DNA of 60,090 bases from Myxococcota bacterium (GTDB lineage: Bacteria > Myxococcota_C > UBA6777). A program made the translations under genes and the position numbers. The DNA lies in NCBI GenBank assembly GCA_023150835.1, contig JAKLKB010000066.1, positions 1 through 60,090 on the forward strand, in the 5' to 3' direction. Positions 18,604 to 28,383 of the stretch are shown here, one piece after another (the stretch's first letter is position 1; the number at the start of each line of letters is the position of its first letter). The notes under the pieces are model-generated. The model had not been told where the DNA came from. It saw only the letters and a list, made by a program, of their open reading frames with translations, and did no database searches.

Positions 18604-21600
18604 CTATCTTTGTTTCAAACAGCCACGAAGGAGTTCAAGGGCGGCAGAGCGTTTTTGGCGGGAGAGGTATTTTTTGGCGTCGCGAAGTTCATCAAGGAGA
18701 TCTTCGTCGGCAGGGGTTGCTTGGCTTTGAAGGAGGATGGCTTGGTCGAGCCAAGCATTCAGATCGGGTTCGGAAGCACTTTCGATGTCGATGTAGGGGA
18801 TTTGGAGCCCGTTGTGAAAGGTGAGAGAGTTGCTGCGGGGTGATGCGCTTGCGAGGTTGTCCGAATGGAAAAGAGGTTGAAGTTCGGACAGTAGGCTGCT
18901 TTGTCTTTCCTCGCTGTTGGGGTGGACGGCAGAAACGAGTTGCTTTAGAAGCACTTGGCTGTCTTGCCAGTCGCGCTGCGATTTGACTGCGAGCGTGCTA
19001 CAGAGAGCTTTTAGAGCGGCCTCTGCTTCGGCGTACTGGCTGATCGAAGCCCAACAAGAAAGCAGGATTTCCATTTGTTCGGAGGCTTTGTTGGGTAAGG
19101 GATCGTCGAGCAGCTTTTTCCATTGCTTTTCCAAGTCCCCTTCGATGAGGTTTTTTGGGTAGGGCGGCTTGGCAGGTTTGTTTTGGTGCCAGAGCTTGAT
19201 GGCGGTGGTCTTGCGATCTTTTTCTGCCAACCCCCAATACGGGTCCGAGCGGCTCCACAGAAGGCTCGGAAAGAGAAGGTGGAGATCTTCGATGTCGCGC
19301 CGCACGTAACGCTCCTCAAGTCCTTTAAAAAAAAGAGAAAAGGCTTCGTGGGGTTTTGCGTTTGCCTGATTCCAAAAATCTTCTATCGATTCCAGATCAA
19401 GGGCGTAAAGATCCGATGGTGCGCGGTTTTCTGGAGAGGATTTGGGGTTTTTCAGATCGGGCAAGAACCGACCAACAAAAGGCGACAAGAGCTGTTTGGT
19501 TGTATCAAGCCAGCCCCTCCATGCCTGAAGGCTAAAACCTTCTCGAAGCAACTCTTTGATCTGATCTTGCGTTTCTTTTTTTTGAGCGGAGGAGGCCTTG
19601 TCGAGAAAATCAGCCACGCTGCGTTCGGAGGGAAACTTCCTTTGGAGTTCTAATACTTTTGGGCTAGGTTTCGTGCCGAAAGAGAAGTGAAGCCACTCGT
19701 GAAGACCTCTGCGCCACCATTTGTCGATATCGTGAGAAAGACTGAACCATCCCCCAAGTTGATAAAAAGAAGAAAGGACGCGCTTGCACAGGAGGCGGAA
19801 GTATCGGAAACAAGTTTCGATGGGGGCTTTTGTGCCGATGGCCAGTTGGGCCGCCATAAAAGGATCGGACGTGGAGAGGCTCTCTAAAAAGAGTTCGTTT
19901 TCTTTTTTACCTTCGTTGGTTTCGGCGCGCTCTTTGAGGCAGTTCACAGCGTTTTCCACATCTTTTGTGCGAACGAGGGAATCGAGGAGTCCGATGGCTT
20001 GGTTCTGATCGTTACGCAAAAAGATCCCGAAAGAAAAGACGGGTTCTGTATTACGCGCTTCCATCGCGATCTCTTTGATCCGAGCTTGTTGTTGTGAGGA
20101 TTCGGCTAATTTTACAGCACTTTGCCAGCCTTTCAGCGACTTGATTTGGCGGTAGCTCTCAACGGCTTCGTAAGCGTCGCTTTTGTCGCTGGTGGACTCC
20201 CAAAGCTTCTTCCATGTGTCCGCTTTTTTTTCGGGATCTGCGATCTGACGGGCGTCTTCACGGGCTTGGCGGATGGCTTCTTCGCGCTTTGTGGGCAGAT
20301 CTGTCGACGTCGCAGATTCGATCCAACAATCGGCGCTTGCTGCGCGATCTCCGAGTTGGCGGTAGTGGTAACAGGCGTTCTCGTAGGACTTCTCTTCTCG
20401 ATAAAAATCCGCCGCAGAACGTCTTGCTGTGATGATTCCGACTTCGTTTTTGGCCTCGCGGAAAGCGATGAGAGCTTCGTTTAACCAGCGTTCTTCCTTG
20501 GTGATAAAAAACTCTTGGAGATAAGAGTCCCCCGATCGGGTCAAGGCCGATTGGTTGACACGAGTACGAGCAAACTCCGGCAACCATCGGCGTAAAAGCT
20601 CTTGGACTCGGTTCGGATCGCGAGGTCCCTTTAGGCTTTTCCAGCCAGCCTGCTGCAAGAAATCCATCTGTTCGGGAGTGAGGTACAACATCAATAACCC
20701 CGAAGAGCGTGTGATGCCTGTGTACCACTGGCTCAATAGATCTTTTTCAACCGCATTCGGATTCGAAACATTCAGCGAGATCGGCATCCCAAGGATGATC
20801 ACGCGAGAGAATTCCAATCCTTTGCAACTTAACAAAGGCAAGACAGTGACGGATTTCTGCACTAATTCGATGTCGAGTCGCTCTTCTGTTCCAGATATCA
20901 CAACGGAACGTGTGTCGCTTGCATCAAGCTTGCCGGCCTGCGCTTCCAAAAAACATTGTAGCTCGCGCTTGAACAGTTCAGGTGATCCAATCAACACAAC
21001 GGGTATGCGTTCTTCGTCGGAGAGCGCCATGATCTCGTCTTCGACTTGGCTTGGGAGGGTCTGTTTGGGATCGATCACGTTCGCCAATATCCGCTCGCGG
21101 GTTTGAGGGTCTTTGACTTGGGTGGAGACGATCTCTTGCATCATGGTTTGGGCAAATAGAGCCACTTCTTCGGTCGTGCGGTAGTTATTGAGCAAAAGGA
21201 AGCATGGGTGGGGGCCGCTTTGGATTTGGGCGTCTTTGAAGGAGCGGAAGGCAGGAAGGGCAAATGGTTGGCTGGAGTGTAGGGTGAGGGCAATTTTGTC
21301 TACGATATCAAAGATATCCTCCCATCTGAATCCTGTGGGGGTGATCATCTGGTTGAAATCACCAAAGAAAAACAAGCGGCTACGGTGATTGCGCGGCAAA
21401 TGAAACCAACACCGAACCAACAATTGGATTTCTGTTTCGCACAGATCTTGGGACTCGTCGATCATGAGGATCGGGTACGCTAAAGTCGAACCGAGGTTTT
21501 CGAAGAAGTGCGTACCACGTAAGCCGTAGAGAGGGACGTTCTCCTTCAGAAAATTACGGAGATTTCTCCATTCTTCGGTTTTACACCGTTGGCCTCGGAG

Positions 21601-22494
21601 CATCTGCTCAACGGGATCGAGCAGTGGGCGATACAAGCGCAAGACAGGGATATCGGTGTAGGAGGTGAGCGCTCGTTTGAGCCATCGCAAGGCTTCTTGC
21701 AGAGAGGGATTTTTTTTGAGCGCCTCAAAAAGTTTTTCAGCATCCATCTCAAGGATGATCTGGTAGTGTTTCTCCTCTTCGAGCAAACTTTTGAGCAAAC
21801 GATGCCCCAACAAACCCCGATCAAGCCGCCCTGCAAGTTTTTTTTGGTAGGCATGGTGCAGCATGGCGATCTCGCTGAGTTTTTGGGACTCTCCTTGCGT
21901 GATGCGAAGATCACCACACCTACTTGCGATCTCAATGTCTTTTTGCGTCCAAGAGCGCTGCGTGCTTTGGAAAAAAGTGGTGATGTAGACAAAGGCTTGT
22001 TCGGGTGGGAGTCGGACCCCTCTTCGGGCACAAAGTCCCCGTAGGATCTCGACGGATTCCTCGTCTGTGCAGACGAGTTTGCGATCTTCTGGAGGAAGCA
22101 GAACGCGGCAGAACTCTGTGAAGGTCATCATATTGGCGCGGCTTTCGGCCAATTGATTCACCGTGCTGCAAAGATCTGCGTGTGGGCTTTGGGTAAGGCT
22201 TTCTCTTAGGCGCTGAGAGGAAGAGTTGAGCAACTCGAGGTTGTACGTCACCAGTAAAAGCGATATCCGTTCGTTTCCAAGGAGCATCCCCGCATGGTCT
22301 TCAAGGAACTCACGCAAAACGCTCAAAGCAACGGTTGTTTTTCCTGAACCTGCAACGCCCTGTACCAAGATAACGGGAGGGAACGGAGACTGAGATGTCG
22401 CCCCAACCACCGCTTGGTTGAGTACATGGCGCTGCTCCTGTTCGAGTTTGCCACGATCCGGCAAGCCGAGAATATAGCTGGAGTTTGTGGACAT
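18604..22494 (-). CDS. Large SF1 (UvrD-like) helicase with C-terminal helical/TPR-like region
   Basis: Walker A QGVAGSGKTT, Ia LVTYN, II IDESQD, III GDFNQ, IV NYRT, V KGLEF, VI YTGITRS, then AA.FY...A..HY-type repeats. Confidence 0.85.
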   Translation of the reverse strand: MSTNSSYILGLPDRGKLEQEQRHVLNQAVVGATSQSPFPPVILVQGVAGSGKTTVALSVLREFLEDHAGMLLGNERISLLLVTYNLELLNSSSQRLRESLTQSPHADLCSTVNQLAESRANMMTFTEFCRVLLPPEDRKLVCTDEESVEILRGLCARRGVRLPPEQAFVYITTFFQSTQRSWTQKDIEIASRCGDLRITQGESQKLSEIAMLHHAYQKKLAGRLDRGLLGHRLLKSLLEEEKHYQIILEMDAEKLFEALKKNPSLQEALRWLKRALTSYTDIPVLRLYRPLLDPVEQMLRGQRCKTEEWRNLRNFLKENVPLYGLRGTHFFENLGSTLAYPILMIDESQDLCETEIQLLVRCWFHLPRNHRSRLFFFGDFNQMITPTGFRWEDIFDIVDKIALTLHSSQPFALPAFRSFKDAQIQSGPHPCFLLLNNYRTTEEVALFAQTMMQEIVSTQVKDPQTRERILANVIDPKQTLPSQVEDEIMALSDEERIPVVLIGSPELFKRELQCFLEAQAGKLDASDTRSVVISGTEERLDIELVQKSVTVLPLLSCKGLEFSRVIILGMPISLNVSNPNAVEKDLLSQWYTGITRSSGLLMLYLTPEQMDFLQQAGWKSLKGPRDPNRVQELLRRWLPEFARTRVNQSALTRSGDSYLQEFFITKEERWLNEALIAFREAKNEVGIITARRSAADFYREEKSYENACYHYRQLGDRAASADCWIESATSTDLPTKREEAIRQAREDARQIADPEKKADTWKKLWESTSDKSDAYEAVESYRQIKSLKGWQSAVKLAESSQQQARIKEIAMEARNTEPVFSFGIFLRNDQNQAIGLLDSLVRTKDVENAVNCLKERAETNEGKKENELFLESLSTSDPFMAAQLAIGTKAPIETCFRYFRLLCKRVLSSFYQLGGWFSLSHDIDKWWRRGLHEWLHFSFGTKPSPKVLELQRKFPSERSVADFLDKASSAQKKETQDQIKELLREGFSLQAWRGWLDTTKQLLSPFVGRFLPDLKNPKSSPENRAPSDLYALDLESIEDFWNQANAKPHEAFSLFFKGLEERYVRRDIEDLHLLFPSLLWSRSDPYWGLAEKDRKTTAIKLWHQNKPAKPPYPKNLIEGDLEKQWKKLLDDPLPNKASEQMEILLSCWASISQYAEAEAALKALCSTLAVKSQRDWQDSQVLLKQLVSAVHPNSEERQSSLLSELQPLFHSDNLASASPRSNSLTFHNGLQIPYIDIESASEPDLNAWLDQAILLQSQATPADEDLLDELRDAKKYLSRQKRSAALELLRGCLKQR

Positions 22495-22579
22495 CGTTGA
22501 CTCCTTGTTTTTTTGTGCATCGCTTTGTCCAAAGGCCCTGTCGTATCGGGGGCGATCGTCTGACCCGTTGGCTTTGTGT

Positions 22580-23507
22580 TTAGCGTTGTCCGAGGGGGCG
22601 GGGGGGGAGGCTACGGAGGTGATTCCAAAGGGCTTGGAGTTCGATCTCGTTCATATTTTTGAGGATCTCAAGAGGCATAAAGGAGTGGATGGTGGTTCCG
22701 TTGGGGCGGCGAGCGGTGGCGATGGCTTTGCGAAAGTCTTGCATCGTCCATGTTTTGAGGCCCGTTTCGTGGGGGGTGAGGTTGGTGGGCGGTGGGATGT
22801 TGGGTGGAGCGCCCGGGATGGGGCCACCGCTGAGATGGTCGCCGTGACAACCTTGGCAGCCGCGAGCGATGAAAGAACCGTAATGTGCGGTGGGCGCGGG
22901 AGGTGGGGCTTGAGGGATGTCTTTGTGGTCGATGCGTCGGCCCACATCGAAGACCAGCCAATCAAGGCGGTCAAAGATCCGACCGATCCAAGTCACTTGC
23001 ATGGGGGCGGGGCTTTTGGAAGAAGGGGGGACGCTGCGAACCCACGCGATGATCGCCAAGAGGTCTTTTTCAGGAAGCCAGTTGNNNNNNNNNNNNNNNN
23101 NNNNNNNNNNNNNGGACGGGCATGAACAGGACGCTTTTTCCTGTGCGAGTGATGCCGTGTCGCAAGAGTCGGAACAACTCGCCGTCGGAGTACTGGCCGC
23201 CGAGGCCGCCGCGTGTGATGTTGGATGAGCGCATGACGCCCAACGGACCGAAGCCAACTTCTTTTCCGCCCGAGAGGTTGGAACCGTGGCAGTCTGCCGT
23301 GGCGCATCCGCCCAAAGAAAAGGCCAAGTGTTTTCCCCTCGCAAGAGCCGCAGCATCGGTGGGCAAAGTGACTTTGGGGACGGGCAGATCATAGGTCTTG
23401 GCCATGCTTTGGCCGTAGCGGATACCGTGGAACCCAACAAAGCTGCTGAGTCCCAAAACAATCACAAGAACGAAGAGACCAAGCCATTTCAAGATCTTGA
23501 ACAACAT
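22580..23507 (-). CDS. Membrane-anchored diheme c-type cytochrome spanning the assembly gap
   Basis: N-terminal TM, ARGKHLA, CATADCHG, NIT...G, CQGCHG, NLTP..GL..W. The frame change coincides with the N run. Confidence 0.85.
23085..23113. other. Assembly gap (29 N)
   Basis: Run of n in the sequence. Confidence 1.
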
Positions 23508-23773
23508 CGAACCCTCCTTCGGTGGCGGATCTTGGGCGGTGCTGCTTGTGAGCCGAACAGTCTCAACGCGAAGCCAAGAAAACGCGCAAAGCCGAGAAAC
23601 ACGCAACGTCGCTGAAAAAAAAACGTTTGATGTTGCTTGGTATGGCAAAGCGCGGCCCGATGGGGTTCATGGCACGCAACCCGTTGGGGGTTGTTGTTGT
23701 GATCTGCGAAGTTCCTATGCAACGATTTGATCTGTATCGCATCTTTCTGCACAGCGCAAGTCTTGTTTTTTCG

Positions 23774-24349
23774 TTAGGAGGGTTGTTTGAGTTCGCGGAA
23801 CAGAAAGGGCTTCATGTCGACAGGTTTGCTGTTGACTTCGAGACCTTGGATGATGAAAGAGGCGGGTTCTTCGAGGTCTTGGAGGGAGTAGCAAAGCATA
23901 CGGGTTTGAGCGACTTTGGGGTCGAGGGGGATGGCGTCGGGGGCGTAGAGGACTTTGGCCATCTCTTCGGCGGAACGCCCGCCGGATTTGCCGTAGTAAT
24001 CGCGGATGGAGCGCTGGAAGGCAGCGGTTTGGGCGGCTTGTTCGAGGGTCATGGGGGATCGTTTGTCAGAGCCGACTTGGAGGAGCATCACGCTGCGGGG
24101 GATGGAGACGGCGGCGTTCGACCAGTTGGTCAAGCGGAAGGCGACGCAAGCGGTACGGCGGAAAGAAAAGACGCGACCGACGTTGAGGTCGATCTGTTGG
24201 CTTTTGCGGTCTTGTGTATCGGTAGGGACGTAGTAGCGAAAGCCGGGAGGGCAGGCTTGGAGCAAGAACGCCATCGCGCTACAAAGCAAAAACAGGCGGA
24301 GGTTGCGGAAGGCTGTGGACGTTTTGGGATGCGTGTTTTTTGGGGGCAT
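23774..24349 (-). CDS. Hypothetical lipoprotein
   Basis: Basic N-region, hydrophobic stretch and lipobox LQAC. Confidence 0.65.
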   Translation of the reverse strand: MPPKNTHPKTSTAFRNLRLFLLCSAMAFLLQACPPGFRYYVPTDTQDRKSQQIDLNVGRVFSFRRTACVAFRLTNWSNAAVSIPRSVMLLQVGSDKRSPMTLEQAAQTAAFQRSIRDYYGKSGGRSAEEMAKVLYAPDAIPLDPKVAQTRMLCYSLQDLEEPASFIIQGLEVNSKPVDMKPFLFRELKQPS

Positions 24350-24422
24350 GATGTTGGCCTTTTGAGTCGGAAAGAAGGGGGTAATGAGGCGCTTGGTGGT
24401 GTGTTGTTTTGTGTGGTGTGGT

Positions 24423-24953
24423 TTACCAAAGTGGTTCGACAAAGAGCGTGTAGTCACCGATGTTCAATTGGTCCGCAGGATGGGCGACTTGGGGAGATCC
24501 GAGTCGTTGGCCATTCATGTAGGTGCCATTTTCGCTTTTGAGGTCGAGGACGACAAAGCGATCTTCGCGGACAAGGATGCGGGCGTGGCGGCGGCTGATG
24601 TCGGTGCGTCGGAGAACCACATCACAATCCGAAGAACGTCCGATGGTGATATCGCGTTGGTTGAATTCGTAGCGTTGTTGGCCTTCAGGTCCGTGTACTG
24701 TGACGGCAAACAGCGCAGGGATGGGGCCTTCGGGCGGTTCGATGATTTGGAGAGGTTCAGTATTTTCGCGTGCCGTAAGGTGGCGTGCGTGGCAGTAGTG
24801 ATGAAGCAGTTCGTCCATACGTCCGACGAACTCTTGATCGGAGAGTAGGTCGGAGAGTTTGAGTTCGGAGAGTTGCTTCATTTGTTCGACGATCTCGTCG
24901 CGAAACATACGGTGTGCCTCGTGTATCTGGTTTGTGTTGCGATGTTTGTCCAT
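24423..24953 (-). CDS. FHA-domain protein
   Basis: ITIGRSSDCD, ISRRHA, DLKSENGTYMNG. Confidence 0.9.
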   Translation of the reverse strand: MDKHRNTNQIHEAHRMFRDEIVEQMKQLSELKLSDLLSDQEFVGRMDELLHHYCHARHLTARENTEPLQIIEPPEGPIPALFAVTVHGPEGQQRYEFNQRDITIGRSSDCDVVLRRTDISRRHARILVREDRFVVLDLKSENGTYMNGQRLGSPQVAHPADQLNIGDYTLFVEPLW

Positions 24954-25187
24954 CTAGGCAGGGATGCGACAAGGTACGCGGCGAGCGATCGTTGAGGGGC
25001 AAGGCTCGGTGTATCGGCCTTGTTGCGGTAGTTTTGCCGCTTTGTGTCAAAGAAAGCCTCGGGAGCGTATTGTAGTCTTCTGCTCGAAAAGGTCAACGAC
25101 TTGATTTCTTGCGGGCGAGCGGGCAGCGTGTTAAGAAGAAGGATGAAGAGAGAAGTCCTATCCATCGAAAAGATCGAGAGGTGAAAG

Positions 25188-25751
25188 GTGAGTCGAGAGC
25201 GTATGTTGGGGATCGATCCGGGTTCCAATATCACGGGGTGGGGTGTGGTTGAACAGATCCAAGGGCGTTTGTTGCATATCGATAACGGCGGGATCTTTAC
25301 GCGAGAAGACGGATTTCAGGAGCGTTTGAAAGAGATCTATGACGGTTTGTGCGAAGTGATCCGCGAATACGAGCCGACAGGCGTGTCGTTAGAGAATGTG
25401 TTTATGTCGAAAAATGCGATGTCTGCGTTGAAGCTTGGACAGGCGCGTGGCGTTGCGATGATCGCGGCGCTGAATGCGGGATTACGGGTGCAAGAATTCA
25501 CGCCGATGCAGATCAAGTTGGCGGTGACAGGTCACGGTCATGCAAAAAAAGATCAGGTTGGGTTGATGGTACAAGCGGTACTGGGGTTGCCAGAGCCCGC
25601 GCAAGTCGATGCGTCTGATGCGTTGGCTGCAGCGATCACGGGGCTGTTGCAACGCCCCGATCATTCGCCTGCATCGAAGATCTTGGCGGAGGCCGAAGCC
25701 GCAGCGTGTGGAAAGCGCCGTCGTCCGAAGAAGTTGGATATCGCGATCTGA
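25188..25751 (+). CDS. ruvC: Holliday junction resolvase RuvC
   Basis: LGIDPG...GWGV, LENVF, LGQARG, IKLAVTGHGHAKKDQV, DASDALAAA. Confidence 0.96.
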   Translation: MSRERMLGIDPGSNITGWGVVEQIQGRLLHIDNGGIFTREDGFQERLKEIYDGLCEVIREYEPTGVSLENVFMSKNAMSALKLGQARGVAMIAALNAGLRVQEFTPMQIKLAVTGHGHAKKDQVGLMVQAVLGLPEPAQVDASDALAAAITGLLQRPDHSPASKILAEAEAAACGKRRRPKKLDIAI

Positions 25752-25772
25752 ATCGTTTCACGACGACACGAT

Positions 25773-26246
25773 TTAGGTGCGGTGGTGTGGAGGGGAGGCG
25801 TCGAAAGCAGCGCGTAGATGGGAAAACAGCAGACTTTGATCGGGTCGGAGGGCGATGGCGAGGATATCAAAACGCTGCGGTGCGTTTGTCCATCGGGGGT
25901 TTTGAGCGAGAAAAGCGTGGGCGGTTTGAGCGATACGTTGTTGTTTGGCTGGATTGACGGAGAGGATGGCGGAGGAAGTATCGTTTGCAGCGCGGAGTCG
26001 GATCTCGAAAAAGACGAGGGTTTCGCCATCTTGAGCGATCAAATCGATCTCACCCCATCGCGTGCGCAGATTGCGTTGAATCGGGCGGATATGTCGCTGT
26101 GTGAGCCAGAAGGTGGCGATATCTTCGGCGGATTGACCGCATTTTGTGGCGGCGTATTTGGGCGATCTGGGAGGAAGAGCGGGTAAGCGCGCAAGAAAGC
26201 GACTGGTTCGGTGAGCGGCGTGGGACGCTTGTGTTGGGTGAGTCAA
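25773..26246 (-). CDS. yraN: YraN (UPF0102) family endonuclease-like protein
   Basis: G..AE..A, RN.R...GEIDLIA, LVFFEIR.R, RFD. Confidence 0.9.
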   Translation of the reverse strand: MTHPTQASHAAHRTSRFLARLPALPPRSPKYAATKCGQSAEDIATFWLTQRHIRPIQRNLRTRWGEIDLIAQDGETLVFFEIRLRAANDTSSAILSVNPAKQQRIAQTAHAFLAQNPRWTNAPQRFDILAIALRPDQSLLFSHLRAAFDASPPHHRT

Positions 26247-26262
26247 AGGGGTTGGCTCCGTT

Positions 26263-26955
26263 TTAAAGAGGGAGATCGGTGTCGGCGTCCGAGGATTCGG
26301 CGTTGGTGTCGGGAGAGAGGACGCCGCGAAAGGAGAGACGATGGAGGGGAGAGGGGCCGTGTTGAGCGAGGGCGAGTTTGTGTGCGGGGGAGGGATAACC
26401 TTTGTGCTTGTCGAAGCCGTAGAGCGGATAAAGGGGGTGCATGGCGTCCATGATCTGATCGCGTAAGACTTTGGCGATGATGGAGGCAGCGGCGACGTTT
26501 TGGCAGAGTTGATCGCCTTTGATGACGGCTTTGCAGGGGAGGGTGTGTGGAAAGGTTTTGTTGCCGTCGATCAAGACGATCTGTGGGGGGTCAGGGAGTA
26601 GGCGGCAGAGATGATCGAGAGCGAGGGACATGGCGTGGAAGGTGGCTTGGAGGATGTTGCGTTGATCGATCTCGGGGGCATCGACGACGCCAACGCCGAT
26701 GGCAAGGGCTTGTTGGTGGATCTGATCAAAAAGTGTGCGGCGGATCGCTTCGGTAAGGCGTTTGGAGTCGTCCAGTTCGGGCAGATCGCAAGAGGGAGGG
26801 AGCAAGACAGCGGCGGCGACGACAGGGCCAGCGAGGGGGCCTCGGCCCGCTTCGTCGATTCCTGCGATGCGATGGAGACCTTGTTGTGCGAGTTCTTCTT
26901 CCATCCAGCGTGGCGTAGCAAACAAAGAGGTTTGTTGAGCGGAGCGCTTGGCCAT
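26263..26955 (-). CDS. rnhB: Ribonuclease HII
   Basis: IAGIDEAGRGPLAGPVVAAAV, DSKRL, IDG, AAASIIAKVLRD, HKGYP. Confidence 0.97.
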   Translation of the reverse strand: MAKRSAQQTSLFATPRWMEEELAQQGLHRIAGIDEAGRGPLAGPVVAAAVLLPPSCDLPELDDSKRLTEAIRRTLFDQIHQQALAIGVGVVDAPEIDQRNILQATFHAMSLALDHLCRLLPDPPQIVLIDGNKTFPHTLPCKAVIKGDQLCQNVAAASIIAKVLRDQIMDAMHPLYPLYGFDKHKGYPSPAHKLALAQHGPSPLHRLSFRGVLSPDTNAESSDADTDLPL

Positions 26956-27012
26956 CGGGATCTCTGGGGTTGAAGAGAAGGGAGAAGGGGCGGGGCAGAA
27001 ATGGGGAGGAGG

Positions 27013-27372
27013 TTATTTCTCGGATTGGCCGGGGTTGATCTCGCGGATACGGGCTGCTTTGCCTTGGAGATTGCGGAGGTAGTAGAGTTTTGCGCGTCGG
27101 ACACGGCCACGGGAGACGACTTCGATCTTGTCGACCATGGTGGAGTGGACGGGGAAGGTACGCTCGACGCCGACACCGTAGGAGTGTTTGCGGACGGTGA
27201 AAGACTCGCGGACGCTGCCGTTTTGTTTGGCGATGCAGATACCTTGGAAAAGCTGGATGCGCTCTTTTTCGCCTTCGCGGATACGGACGTGGACACGGAG
27301 GGTATCGCCAGCGCGAAACGCAGGGATATCGCTGCGTAATTGACGCTGCTCGATTTGCTGGATGATATTCAT
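27013..27372 (-). CDS. rplS: 50S ribosomal protein L19
   Basis: [41 protein letters not shown]. Confidence 0.98.
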   Translation of the reverse strand: MNIIQQIEQRQLRSDIPAFRAGDTLRVHVRIREGEKERIQLFQGICIAKQNGSVRESFTVRKHSYGVGVERTFPVHSTMVDKIEVVSRGRVRRAKLYYLRNLQGKAARIREINPGQSEK

Positions 27373-27548
27373 GATCTTGGCTCCAAAGTCATGCGTAACG
27401 TTTCAATTTTTGCCCGCCCTTCGGGGCGGACGCTACTTTGAATGAGTTGGGGATTGAGCGCTACCACAAGGAGGTCGGGAAAGATCCTGTTGGGAAGGGA
27501 TCGTGTTGTGGGTGGGCGAACGCCGACAAAGCGCGCAATAGGACGGGG

Positions 27549-27577
27549 AGGATAAGGGAGGAGGGTTCGCTTGTCAA
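27549..27577 (-). promoter_or_regulatory. Predicted internal promoter for rplS
   Basis: Minus strand TTGACA (27577-27572), 17-nt spacer, TATCCT (27554-27549). Confidence 0.65.
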
Positions 27578-27611
27578 GGATTCTTTTTGATCGCGAAAGA
27601 ACTTTTGTGGT

Positions 27612-28181
27612 TCAAGAACCGAGAAGGCGGTCAAGGATGATGGACATGGCGGAGCGAACGGAGAGATGGTTGAATTCGGTGGGTCCGTAGATGGGTGGGA
27701 GATAAAGGTCGATGGATGGGGAGATCGAGGGAGCGATGCCCCATCCTGTGCCAAAAAGCAAGAGCAGAGGGGTTTCTTGTTGGAGGAGGAGGTTGCGGGC
27801 GTCTTGGTAGGAGACTTTCTTTTCGGGGAGAGGGCGAGCGCTGGTGCCGATGATTCGGGGGCGCAAGCCTTCGCGCTCTTCGATCTGATCGCAGGTGGCT
27901 TGGAGATCGCTGAGGGGTTCGACAAGAGCCATCGCGGTGTGGCGAGCGCTTTTTTTGCGAGCGCCCGGGCCTTCGACCCAGTGGGAGCGGACGCGGTGGA
28001 CGAGGGCGCGTTGTTCGAGGATGGGCGTGATCAGGAAGTAGCGTTGGATGCCGAAGGTTGCGGCGATACGGCCACCGTCATGGATATCGAGATTGGTGAC
28101 GGCGGTGGTGATGATCTCGCCGTGTTGATCAAGGACGGGATGATGCAAGAGAGCGAGGTAGAGCGGAGCAGTTGGCTTCAT
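27612..28181 (-). CDS. SPOUT RNA methyltransferase (TM1570-like, commonly linked to trmD)
   Basis: LYLALLHHPV...TTAVTNLDIHD, LLLFGTGWG, FNHLSVRSA..IILDRL. Confidence 0.9.
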   Translation of the reverse strand: MKPTAPLYLALLHHPVLDQHGEIITTAVTNLDIHDGGRIAATFGIQRYFLITPILEQRALVHRVRSHWVEGPGARKKSARHTAMALVEPLSDLQATCDQIEEREGLRPRIIGTSARPLPEKKVSYQDARNLLLQQETPLLLLFGTGWGIAPSISPSIDLYLPPIYGPTEFNHLSVRSAMSIILDRLLGS

Positions 28182-28252
28182 GAGATCATGCCTCCTATCG
28201 GGCGAGTCGACGCAGATGAATGGAAGAGGACTTACGCGGTGGGGTTTGAGGA

Positions 28253-28335
28253 GTGGGGTTGAACCCCACTCCTCGCAAGGGAGCGCGGCTCCCTTGACCC
28301 CGCGTTGGCGAAGAGAACATTGCTTTTCAAACAAA
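28253..28335 (+). repeat. Repeat family B copy between trmD and the SPOUT MTase gene
   Basis: GTGGGGTTGAACCCCAC + CAAGGGAGC-GCG-GCTCCCTTG + ACCCCG...TTTTCAAAC. Confidence 0.8.
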
Positions 28336-28383
28336 CGACGCGATGGCTTGGGATGGCCTCGAAACTGGTTTTTTTGATCTGCG

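Noticed and set aside
22580-23648. Apparent frameshift/pseudogene in the cytochrome c gene
   Set aside because: The frame change falls in the 29-N gap, whose length is only an estimate.
23627-24541. 304-aa plus-strand ORF and similar long antisense ORFs elsewhere
   Set aside because: Antisense shadows of better-supported genes.
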